DNA of 64,000 bases from a virus. A model generated the notes under the pieces. The model was not told the DNA's origin. It was given only the letters and a program-made list of their open reading frames with translations, and searched no databases. The stretch spans positions 1 to 64,000 of IMG/VR virus record IMGVR_UViG_3300041405_000166, one strand, 5' to 3'. Below are positions 1 through 9,200 of this stretch, piece after piece (the first letter of the stretch is position 1; each line of letters starts with the position of its first letter). Made by a program: the position numbers and the translations under genes.

Positions 1-464
1 CTTGCTCCCGATTCGGTGGGTTTGTTCTTCTCGATAGACTCTGCTAGCCAGCGCTGTAGCGATTCCTCGTAAATGGTTTCGCCCTCGCAGTGATCCAGCA
101 GGTAGCCAACGAATTGATCGAACACCTTGAGCTCCGCATTCCGCTGCTCGGCGGCTGTCAGGCTTTTCAGCAAGTGTTGTGAGCCCTCCTTGAAGTGGGC
201 CAGCTCTCCCCGCAGCGCAGCCATTTCAGCTTCTCGCTCGTCACCATGATCGCGCTGGTTTTGAAGCTCTTCGCGAAGTGCTGCTTCTCGACTCTTCACG
301 GCAGCCAGTTCGGATTGGGCGGCGTCGTAGTCGGATGCGCGAACCATTTTTGTCCAGGCAGAATTCGGATATGGACCGATCAGGCAGCGGTAGCGCTGCA
401 CTTCTGGTGTCGCAGTCTTACAACTACAGGCCAATCGGCCTTGGTTACAATCGCAAATACTCAT
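1..464 (-). CDS. Hypothetical phage protein, 3'-partial, coiled-coil (not in ORF track)
   Basis: Hand-translated from ATG 464: MSICDCNQGRLACSCK...AQSELAAV...AAEQRNAEL...KPTESGA; open to the window edge. ATGA overlap with the stop of 461..673. Confidence 0.7.
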   Translation of the reverse strand, partial: MSICDCNQGRLACSCKTATPEVQRYRCLIGPYPNSAWTKMVRASDYDAAQSELAAVKSREAALREELQNQRDHGDEREAEMAALRGELAHFKEGSQHLLKSLTAAEQRNAELKVFDQFVGYLLDHCEGETIYEESLQRWLAESIEKNKPTESGA

Positions 465-673
465 ATCCGAACAACTCCCTGGCAAGTGGTTTGTCTACTG
501 GCATGGACAGTGGCACCGTTACGGCTGACCAGCATCCCCTGGCAACCGCGGCAGATCCCGACCATCTGCTCACTGTCGGCCTGCTTTGCATATTGTGGCC
601 ACTTCTTGGCGGAACAGGTCGGGCAACCGCACTCCGTACCAGGTTCGCAGCGATCGCGGCAGCAGCGGATCAT
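461..673 (-). CDS. Small Cys-rich hypothetical protein
   Basis: 70 aa with several CxxC/CxC motifs; 4-bp ATGA overlaps with both neighbours. Confidence 0.6.
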   Translation of the reverse strand: MIRCCRDRCEPGTECGCPTCSAKKWPQYAKQADSEQMVGICRGCQGMLVSRNGATVHASRQTTCQGVVRI

Positions 674-1272
674 GGCTTCACCGAGATCGCTGGGCGCCAG
701 CCTGCATCGACAACACGCTCGAACATTTCAGCGTCCTCACGCGAGCAAATGCCAGGACGCCCAACCTCATGGGCCAGCTGACCTATGAGCTCTTCGCGAT
801 TCATCGTCAAAAAAAACCGAAGCGCTTCAGGCTCAGCTGGCTTGTACGGCTCAAGCGTCCGCAGCGCGTGGTGCATCGCCACCGCGTTGGATTTTGATGG
901 CTTGGTGAACAGAACCAGCGTTTGCAGGGCGGCTCTCAATTCGTTGCGCTGACGTTCCAGGTTAGCCACGCCGCCGGCTGTTGCATTGAGTTCCAGAACC
1001 TCAGTGCTGATGTCTTCGCAAGCCTTGAGGCAGGCGGCAATGCGCCGCTGGTCATCGGTTGTATCATCGGCGGCCCAGCCCATCACTTTGTATTTCAGGA
1101 AGTCGCCGGCCCGTGCAGCAACTTCGCAGTGGGCTTTATTGATGCCGTAGGTTGTGCAGTGCTCACCATGCGGATCTGGAGCGTCACCAACCTTGCGAGC
1201 TATAACGATCACCTGGTCGTAGCCGTAATCCTTGGCGATGCGCTCGGCGGCAGATATCGGAATTGTTTTCAT
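670..1272 (-). CDS. Hypothetical phage protein
   Basis: 200-aa ORF with AGAGGA RBS; coupled to the downstream gene. Confidence 0.75.
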   Translation of the reverse strand: MKTIPISAAERIAKDYGYDQVIVIARKVGDAPDPHGEHCTTYGINKAHCEVAARAGDFLKYKVMGWAADDTTDDQRRIAACLKACEDISTEVLELNATAGGVANLERQRNELRAALQTLVLFTKPSKSNAVAMHHALRTLEPYKPAEPEALRFFLTMNREELIGQLAHEVGRPGICSREDAEMFERVVDAGWRPAISVKP

Positions 1273-1301
1273 TGATCTTCCTCTACGTGGCAGCCCGGTT
1301 A

Positions 1302-1889
1302 TCAGGCGCTCAGTGCGTCCAACATCAGAATTTGTGCGTCGATCAGCTTGGCCACGGCCTTGACCTTGGCATTGCCGTACATCTCCAGCTGCTTGAACAC
1401 GGCGCAGTAATACCAGAGCGTCTGGTCACGGGTGCAGTTGAACAGGCTCATAACGTCCTCGCCCCGCTTCAGGCCTTCGACGCTATCGGTGATGTTGGCC
1501 AGCTTGTCGCAGGCGATGATCAGTAGCGCATCGCCCGGGTGGTTCTTGATCCCGTCGATGTAGTAGTTCTTCCGATCCTGCCAAGGGGCTTTGGCTTCAC
1601 CGGTGGCTGGCGTGCAGTCGCTGCAGGCCTGGACCAACCGCCGAACATGCTTGCCACAACTGAATTCGATCACCATCGCGTAATCAGCGCCGCAGTCCTC
1701 GATCACGTCGTGCAGCCAGGCCGCGGCGATCTGTTCCAGCGTTCCGCCGTGCTGCATCACCAGGGTGGCGACCTGCATTGGGTGGAGAATGTAAGGGGTG
1801 CTGCTCTGTTTCCGGGTCTGGCCGCTGTGCGCCCGAGCCGCGATCGCGATAGCGTTCTCGACGGTGTACTTCTTTTGAGTAGGGTTCAT
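1302..1889 (-). CDS. HD-domain small alarmone hydrolase, (p)ppGpp hydrolase of SpoT/Mesh1 type
   Basis: Motifs AHSGQTRK, PYILHP, AAWLHDVIED and ACDKLAN; no synthetase domain. Start ATG 1889 follows an AAGGA RBS. Confidence 0.85.
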   Translation of the reverse strand: MNPTQKKYTVENAIAIAARAHSGQTRKQSSTPYILHPMQVATLVMQHGGTLEQIAAAWLHDVIEDCGADYAMVIEFSCGKHVRRLVQACSDCTPATGEAKAPWQDRKNYYIDGIKNHPGDALLIIACDKLANITDSVEGLKRGEDVMSLFNCTRDQTLWYYCAVFKQLEMYGNAKVKAVAKLIDAQILMLDALSA

Positions 1890-1918
1890 GTCGCGTTCCT
1901 TTTTCTGTCTGTAGCGCC

Positions 1919-1947
1919 AATATATTGCACTCATAACAACAATGCAA
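1919..1947 (-). promoter_or_regulatory. Sigma70-like early promoter
   Basis: TTGCAT-17 nt-TATATT on the minus strand, upstream of the HD gene. Confidence 0.65.
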
Positions 1948-1959
1948 TTGTTTGCTGCG

Positions 1960-1974
1960 TCGTGACCATAAGGT
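1960..1974 (+). promoter_or_regulatory. Putative late promoter (TCGTGAC motif)
   Basis: TCGTGAC-ca-TAAGGT upstream of the MuF gene; the same motif recurs before 8 other putative late genes. Confidence 0.65.
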
Positions 1975-2000
1975 GCCTGGAGAACTCAAAGGACACCTGC

Positions 2001-3176
2001 ATGTCACAGTTTATCGACGTTTCAAGCGTTCCAGACCATGCCTTCGACCAGGGCATCGAGGCGATGTACAAGGCGATTGGCGAAGGTGGCGACGACGGCA
2101 CTACGCGACCGCACGAGTCCCCCTTTGTCCGTGAGCTGATCGAGCGTTTCACTCAGCGCGGCCTGTTGCAGATTCATGGCGTGCAGACTGAGCTGGACGA
2201 GTGGATCAAGGGCGAGCACTTCCGGCCAGGTGCTGAAGTGCCGGCCGCGTTTGCTGGCGGGATCCTGAAGTGGACGCCCGACGAGTTGCGCCTGGCGAAG
2301 CTCTACCTGGAATCAATTCCCCCGGCCCAGTTCGGCATTGAGGACTGGTCGCTGCTGGTCGACTACATTGCTCAGCGCTACCTTCCGCCGGAGTTCGCCC
2401 GTACCGCAGCCGAGTGGATGGCGACCAAGTCGACGATCATGGGCAAGGTGCAGGAAGCCAAACCAGAATTGGAGGCGCCGGCTGTGTCGGTGCTGCTGCC
2501 AGCGATCCCGGAAACGTCGGCGGCGGCTGAGGCGATGTTTGGTCTGAATCGCTCACAGCGGGCGATCATGGACTTCGGTCAGGCGCGCTGTGCTGAAAAC
2601 ATCACCGGATTGACCGACAGCCTTCGCCACCGGATCAAGCGCGTGATCCTGGCGCACCAAGAGGCAGAGTTCATCGGCGACTCCGCGGCGACCGCTTCCA
2701 GCCTGCAAACGCAGCTGCTCGACGAGTTCGGTCCGTTGAATCGCGACTGGCGCCGTATCGCCATGACCGAGGCGTCGGAAAACTCCAATCAGGGGTTTAT
2801 CGCGGCGCTGGATCCGGGAACCATGGTTCGGCGCCAGGAACGCTACCAGGGTGCGTGCGCGTTCTGCCGCAAGATCGACGGAAACGAGTTCAAGGTCGTT
2901 GACCCGGCGCAGAAGATCAAGAATCCGGAAACGGATGTGTGGGTGGGTAAAACCAACATCGGCCGGTCCGCTTCGCCAATGAAGCGCGTCAACGGTGCGC
3001 TGATGCCGCGAAACGCCGCTGAGCTGTGGTGGCCCGCTGCTGGGGTGCAGCATCCGCATTGTCGGGGAATCTGGATCATCATCAAGCAGCGCGAGAAGGC
3101 CGGCGACGCGAAGTTTAGCGCCTGGCTGGATGAAAAGCTGAAGGCGCCAGCCAGACCTGTCGTGATTGCAGACTAA
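2001..3176 (+). CDS. Phage minor head/morphogenesis protein (MuF / SPP1 gp7-like)
   Basis: WRRIAMTE, ACAFC and QHPHCRG motifs. True start is ATG 2001 (AAGGA RBS), not 1539. Confidence 0.75.
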   Translation: MSQFIDVSSVPDHAFDQGIEAMYKAIGEGGDDGTTRPHESPFVRELIERFTQRGLLQIHGVQTELDEWIKGEHFRPGAEVPAAFAGGILKWTPDELRLAKLYLESIPPAQFGIEDWSLLVDYIAQRYLPPEFARTAAEWMATKSTIMGKVQEAKPELEAPAVSVLLPAIPETSAAAEAMFGLNRSQRAIMDFGQARCAENITGLTDSLRHRIKRVILAHQEAEFIGDSAATASSLQTQLLDEFGPLNRDWRRIAMTEASENSNQGFIAALDPGTMVRRQERYQGACAFCRKIDGNEFKVVDPAQKIKNPETDVWVGKTNIGRSASPMKRVNGALMPRNAAELWWPAAGVQHPHCRGIWIIIKQREKAGDAKFSAWLDEKLKAPARPVVIAD

Positions 3177-3212
3177 CGTTCACAGTTTCGATCGGTCCGG
3201 GGATGCTCGCAG

Positions 3213-4610
3213 ATGAGTTTGGTACAGCAATTGGTAATGCCAATGGTGATCGGCCTCGTCATGCCGATTGACCGGGTGCGTGGCGGTGCCAGTCCACCGC
3301 CTGCACCGACCACTGCGTTTTTCACCTCAGCACAATTCTCCCCTGGCTTCAGCGGCTCGATCAGCACTACCAAGAACGCGGCCAAGGTCTACGCCCGCGG
3401 CGCGCTGACTCTGTGGTCTGGTTTCATCGCCGGTACCGAGGCCAAGCTTACCGCACCGACCGACGCTGGTGACTACGACGGTTCGTTGCAGGTCGCGATT
3501 GACGGCGGCGCCTTCACCAGCGCTGCTCGAGCCGGTTCGGTTTACACCCTGTTCACTGGTCTGGCGCACGCCAACCGTTTTGTCGAAGTCCGTTGGGTCG
3601 TGCAGATGGGCGATGCGCCCTATATTGCCTCGTCCGGCAACGTGCTCGAAGTCACCGGCCAACCTCCGTCGATCAATCCGTCGATCAACCGGGTAGAGGC
3701 TGGGGCCAGCTCGTCGACCGGACTCTTTTCTGGCGCGCTGATCCCTAACAGCGCCACCTACACGCCGCAATTGCAGGCACCGTCTGGCACGGTATACGGC
3801 TCCAACGTCGGGTCAATCAAGCTGCGTGGTGCCTTCACTCGGTTGGTGGTGTCGGTCAACGGCATCCGCAAGATCGGTGTCAGCAAGAACGGTGCAGCGC
3901 CGGTGTTCTACTCGGTAGCCGATGAAACCGATAGTCCAGTGCGGGTGATGGTCGTGCCATGTGACGGCTCAGATGCCATCTACAACGTCTGGGACAGCGG
4001 CAACATTTTAAACACTGGCGGTCACTTCTCGGTGTCGGGCAACTCGACGCTGCTCGACATTGGCCCGATGTGGCGGATGCACATGTTCGGCGATTCGATT
4101 GTCTCGGGGGCAGGGCCTGGCGCCACTGCGGTGGATTCTGAGGTAATGTCCCTCGCTGCTACCCTGGGCGGGGTCGGCACCACCATCGGAGTCGCCGGCC
4201 AGACCATCGCCGGCTGCATGACGATGCTCGACAATACCTTGCCCCTGCTGACGGTGGAGGATGACGACGTAGCGATCCTGTCTATCGGCGGCAACAGTGC
4301 CGCGGGCGGGATCGACGCACAGAAGAAGGCCGACTACCTGGCCTGCATCAACAAGCTACGGGCCAAGGCGTACCGCAAGATCATCTGTCGCGGCATCCTG
4401 CCAACGCCGGACGGCTCAGACACCCGCGCCATCTATAACGTCGAGCTGCAGTCGGTGGTGACGGCCTTGGGTGATCCGCGCGTGGTCTGGATGGACACCA
4501 GTACCTGGGTCGGCTATGCGACGGTGGATAACACCCATCCAACGAACGTCGGCTATCGAACGATCTATAGCTATGAACTGCCGGCCGTCGCGGCAATCTT
4601 GGGCCTTTGA
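3213..4610 (+). CDS. Virion-type protein with C-terminal SGNH/GDSL hydrolase domain
   Basis: SGNH blocks FGDS, GVAGQT, IGGNS and DNTHP; beta-rich N-terminal region. Confidence 0.75.
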   Translation: MSLVQQLVMPMVIGLVMPIDRVRGGASPPPAPTTAFFTSAQFSPGFSGSISTTKNAAKVYARGALTLWSGFIAGTEAKLTAPTDAGDYDGSLQVAIDGGAFTSAARAGSVYTLFTGLAHANRFVEVRWVVQMGDAPYIASSGNVLEVTGQPPSINPSINRVEAGASSSTGLFSGALIPNSATYTPQLQAPSGTVYGSNVGSIKLRGAFTRLVVSVNGIRKIGVSKNGAAPVFYSVADETDSPVRVMVVPCDGSDAIYNVWDSGNILNTGGHFSVSGNSTLLDIGPMWRMHMFGDSIVSGAGPGATAVDSEVMSLAATLGGVGTTIGVAGQTIAGCMTMLDNTLPLLTVEDDDVAILSIGGNSAAGGIDAQKKADYLACINKLRAKAYRKIICRGILPTPDGSDTRAIYNVELQSVVTALGDPRVVWMDTSTWVGYATVDNTHPTNVGYRTIYSYELPAVAAILGL

Positions 4611-4619
4611 GGAATCGAA

Positions 4620-4889
4620 ATGACTATTATCTTCGCAAGTAAAACCACCGTGGCGCCGTCTGCCGATCAGGATGCTGCCGGGCCGGTGGCCCTGATTGCC
4701 TCCGGCTCATTCGGCGGCGCAGTGCTATTGATTGAGGTCCGATCGGACAGTCAAGCGTATGTGCCGCTGTATCAGTTCACTGAGGCCGGCGCGGTTAAGT
4801 TGGCGATGGTGACCGGTCAGCAATGGCGAGCCAGCCTGAGCAATGTCAGTGCTCTGACCTCGGTTAACCTGTCCGCGCTGGCGGGGTGA
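4620..4889 (+). CDS. Small hypothetical (beta-rich, possibly structural) protein
   Basis: 89 aa, GAGGA RBS, in operon. Confidence 0.7.
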   Translation: MTIIFASKTTVAPSADQDAAGPVALIASGSFGGAVLLIEVRSDSQAYVPLYQFTEAGAVKLAMVTGQQWRASLSNVSALTSVNLSALAG

Positions 4890-4892
4890 CCA

Positions 4893-6161
4893 ATGTCTGA
4901 TTGGATGAAAGAAGGGTTCAGGGCGATCCTCATGCAGAATCGGCGCGCCCAAAATCCGGCATCGGCCCAGGTCGAAGCGCTGAGCTCCGTCGGCGGCAGT
5001 GTCCAGGCCGAAGGCGACACCAGCAAACTCAAGTTCGCCGGCTTCAACCTGGTGATCGAGAATCCGGCTGGGACCATCCGCGAAGGTGTGGACGAAACCG
5101 GCAAGGCCTGGCGGACTGAGTTTGCCCACGCCTATGGCGAGATCACCGGCAGCCTGGGCGTCGATGGTGATCCGGTGGACGTGTACGTGGGGCCAGACGA
5201 AGGCGCCACCGAGGTCTACATAGTCCGCCAGATGAAGCGCAAGCAGTGGGATCAGTTCGATGAGGACAAGTGCTTCATTGGCTTCGCCAGCATGGAAGAG
5301 GCGAAGATGGCCTACCTCAACCACTACGATGACCCTCGGTTCTTTGGCGGGATCATCGCCATGCCGATTGAGGAATTCAGGACCAAGGTCTACGCGACCA
5401 AGCACGCCCCGCAGATGATTAAGGCGCTGCTGTTTGTGAAGGCGCACGTCGCCGCACACACGCGCAAGCTGAAATCGGGCAAGGTAGTGAGCGTCGATGC
5501 GTACAGCACCAAGGTGGTGGCCCAGGCCAAACCTGGTGACACCAGCGGACATCCGGATCTCTTCGCACAAGCCCCAGCCAAAAAACCGCACGCGACCGAA
5601 ACCGAGGCTTTCCGTAAATGGTTCGGCGATAGCGTGGTGACTGATGATTGGGAGCAAGGTGGAAAACCCCGCGTTTTGTATCACGCAACCCCGCATGACT
5701 TTACGGAGTTCAAGCCAGGTGGCGGACCTCGTGAAGATGGGAAGTGGCTGAGTGGTCCTGCAATATTCCTGAGTCCAGATCCGAAGCGCCAGCCAGCCGC
5801 GCACAACATCGGCGGCTACCAGGGCAACTTCAAAGAGGGCACGCGGGTTATGCCGCTCTACGCCAGGATTGAAAACCCGCTCTACCTGGACGAGTTCAAT
5901 ATCCACGAGATGCGTGATCGCTGGACGAAGGATAACAAAGGTGAATTCCCTCAATGGATGTCGCCTACAACGGTCGACCACCTGAAGGCATCCGGATTCG
6001 ATGGCATCGTATATTTCAGAACCAGCCATGACGGGGAGGATCAGCACGAGGTGATTGTGTTCGATGCGAACCAGGTGAAGTCGGCGATCGGCAACAACGG
6101 CAATTTCGATCCGGCGCACCCTGACATGACCAAGGCGCTGATCGTCTGTCGCCGCGATTGA
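4893..6161 (+). CDS. Polyvalent protein: inorganic pyrophosphatase-like (InPase) domain + ADP-ribosyltransferase-like (ART-PolyVal type) domain
   Basis: N-half: IENPAG..R, YGEI..GVDGDPVDVYVG, DEDKCFIGF. C-half: FRKWFGDS..YHAT..F..F, IFLS, GFDGI, EVIVF..QVKSA.GNNG.F. Confidence 0.7.
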   Translation: MSDWMKEGFRAILMQNRRAQNPASAQVEALSSVGGSVQAEGDTSKLKFAGFNLVIENPAGTIREGVDETGKAWRTEFAHAYGEITGSLGVDGDPVDVYVGPDEGATEVYIVRQMKRKQWDQFDEDKCFIGFASMEEAKMAYLNHYDDPRFFGGIIAMPIEEFRTKVYATKHAPQMIKALLFVKAHVAAHTRKLKSGKVVSVDAYSTKVVAQAKPGDTSGHPDLFAQAPAKKPHATETEAFRKWFGDSVVTDDWEQGGKPRVLYHATPHDFTEFKPGGGPREDGKWLSGPAIFLSPDPKRQPAAHNIGGYQGNFKEGTRVMPLYARIENPLYLDEFNIHEMRDRWTKDNKGEFPQWMSPTTVDHLKASGFDGIVYFRTSHDGEDQHEVIVFDANQVKSAIGNNGNFDPAHPDMTKALIVCRRD

Positions 6162-6171
6162 CCTAACCCCT

Positions 6172-6186
6172 TCGTGACGGCACCAT
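6172..6186 (+). promoter_or_regulatory. Putative late promoter (TCGTGAC motif)
   Basis: TCGTGAC-gg-CACCAT upstream of ATG 6214. Confidence 0.65.
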
Positions 6187-6213
6187 CCCGCAACAAATCG
6201 GACTGGTGCCCTC

Positions 6214-9200
6214 ATGCTGCTTATTCTGTTCAAAGACCTCCTTAAAGCCCAGCAGCTTGGCCTATTCGCCAGTCCGACGCTGGTGGCGCCGCATGTCCGC
6301 AAGGACGGAACCCTGGTCAACGCGCACATTCGCGTGGTGAAGAAGCGCCCGACCGTGCCGCTGAAAGGCCGCATCACCTCAGCACCGCGCCCGCATACGC
6401 CTGATCTGTTCGCTACCCATGACGAGCCTGTGGTGATCGGCCACACCCGCGATTTGTTCGACAGTGCGCCAGCGCCCCGAGCTGCTCAACCTGACCTGTT
6501 CGCTCCCGCAGTAGAAGCCCCGAAAATCAAGGCACCTGAGGTCAAAACCCCCGAGCCCGCTCCCACGGCACCGGACGACGTAAAGTGGTTCGGTAGCCAG
6601 GAGAAAGCAGACGCCTGGATCGGCAAAAAGAAGCTGTCCGACACGCATGAAGTTGTCGCGGTTGGTCGTCGCTTCGAGATCCATCCGCGGGCAACTGTCA
6701 AGGAATCCTCGGTAGTTGCTCCAGTCGTCAAGCCTCAAGTGACAACTGAAGTGTCAACTGCTCGCCAGCCTGGCATCAATTACGACGGGCATTTTTCCCC
6801 TTCTTCTATCGCGCCGTTCGGCGTGAGCGCTGGTGTGACCAAGGGCGAGCGGATCCGCATCAACAACGAAGCGCACAGCCTGATCAATCGTGGCGGCCCA
6901 TTCAGCGACGATGAGCGCGTCACCCTGAGCCAGTACAGCGGCAACGGCGGCGTGGGCGATAGCCTCAACGAGTTCTACACCGATACGCGTGTGGCCGCCG
7001 GCATGTGGAAGGTGCTGCATGACCTGGGCCTGCCTGAAGGCGCGCAAGTCCTGGAGCCTTCGGTGGCCACCGGCGTGTTCATGCACACCGCGCCCGACGG
7101 CGTGAAAGTGGTGGGCGTGGAACTGGACGGCATCAGTTCTCGGATTGCCCGGGCACTGCACGGCGCTGACCATGAAGTAAACAACTCCAGCCTCGAGCGC
7201 TTCGCGACGCAGGACGATCGCCAGTTCGACGCCGTCATTGGTAACCCACCGTTCGGTCTGCGCGGGGCACTGATCAAGGACGACAAACCGCACCTGGCCA
7301 CCGCCGAACAATACTTCATCGACACCGCGCTCGATAAGACCAAGGCCGGTGGCGTGATCGCCCTGATCTTGCCGTCGGGCGTGATGGACTCGAAAACCGG
7401 CCGGGCTTTCCGCCAAACCATCCTGACCAAGGGCGAGTTCATCGGTGCCCAACGCATGCCGAACACCGCGTTCGAGCACGCGCACACCGGCGTGACCACC
7501 GACGTGCTGTATCTGCGCAAGCGTCCGGATGACGTGGCGATGGCGCTGGGCACGCTCGATGCCAGTCAGCTGCGTGAGCTCGGCGTGCTGGATGACGAAT
7601 TCCTGGCCGGCTCCTACTTCACCGGTACCGGCGCTGAGAATGTGTTGGGCACCATGACTGAAGGCTGGCGGGCCAAGGCCGGGATGGGCAACGACATCAC
7701 CGTCGAAGGTTCGATGCAGGGCGTGCCGGAGGCGATCGCCGCATTCAAGCCTGCGCCGGTAGCGGTCGGTCCGAGCATGGCTGACGTGCTGGCGGTGCTT
7801 CCCGAAGGCCAGGCCCGCGATCGCGCCTTGTCCGCTGCTGGGAAAAAGGCTTATGCCGAGGCCCGTGTCGGCGACACCAAGGTGGTCGATGGCGTGACCT
7901 ACGTCCTGCAGGGTGATCCACCGCGCTGGAATCGCATGGATGATCTGATGCAGAAACCGTCAGTGGCCGATGCGTTGCCACTGGCCGAGGACATTGATCG
8001 GCTGATGAATGGGCAAGCGGTCGATCGTCCGGCGCTGGAGGCCGCGGTGAATGCCTACATCGAAGCCTACGGAATCCCGTCCAAGAACAAAGACCTGATG
8101 ATGGCGGCCGGCTCCGACAAGCGACTGTATCGCCTGGTGGGCGCGATCAAGCCTGACGGCTCGCTGTCCGACGTGGTGACCGGTTCCACGCGCAAGCAGG
8201 AAGCCACGCTGGATGGTGCGGCGCAGGCGCTGGCAGTAGAGCACGGCACCTTCACGCCGGCTGAGCTGGCCGCACGCTGGGGCAAGGGTGACGCCGAGGA
8301 AGCGCTTGATCACCTGTACGCCTCGAAGTCCTACGCCTTGCTGCCCGACGGCAACTGGACCACCACCGACGCATACCTGTCAGGCGAGTTGTGGCCGAAG
8401 CTGGATGCTGCCCGGGCCGCCATGCTTAACAGCGAGCTGAGCCAGATCGACCGCGCCAAGTTCGAGCAGCAGGCGCAGCAGCTGGAAACCGTGATCGATC
8501 CGGCCTCGATCGATGACGTCGATATCGCCGTCAACCAGGCCTGGATCCCGCTGTCGATCATCAGCGAGTACTTCACCGAGAAAAACGCCAACGGCAACGA
8601 GTGGACCAAAAAACTGGCACCGGTCGAAGTGACCTATGCCGATGGCATCTACACCGTCAGCGGCGGCAACGAGTACGGCGAGACCAAGCTGCTCGACACC
8701 TACCTCAACCGCACCGGCGTGCGCAAGGATGACAAGGCCACGCTCGAGGCGATGAATCGCGACTTCAAAACCTGGGCCCTGACGTCCGGCCACCGCGACG
8801 AGCTCGAAGACCTGTACAACCGCAAGTTCCGCGGCTTTGCCGAACGCACCTATTCGGAAACCCCATTCGAGATCCCCGGCCTGAATGCTGACGGCCTGAA
8901 GACCTACCAATACGCCGGCCTTCGCTGGGCCATGGACACCGGCAAGGGCATCATTGCTGCCGACGTGGGCCTGGGCAAAACGGCGCGCGGTCTGATCCTG
9001 GCGAAGATGGCCAAGGCTGACGGCAAGGCTGAGCGGCCGATGATCGTCGTACCGAAATCGGTCCTGGCCAACTGGTATGCAGAAGCCGAGAAATGGTTCC
9101 CCGGTTCGCGTGTGCTGACCATCGGCGAGAGTTATTCGCGTGATGAGGACGGCAAGCTGATCGGCAAGCAGGACACCGTGGCCGAGCGCAAGCGCAAATA

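Noticed and set aside
1539-2000. Upstream extensions given by the ORF track (1539, 14640, 19529, 27653, 54918)
   Set aside because: They overlap other genes, terminators or promoters; downstream ATGs have better context.
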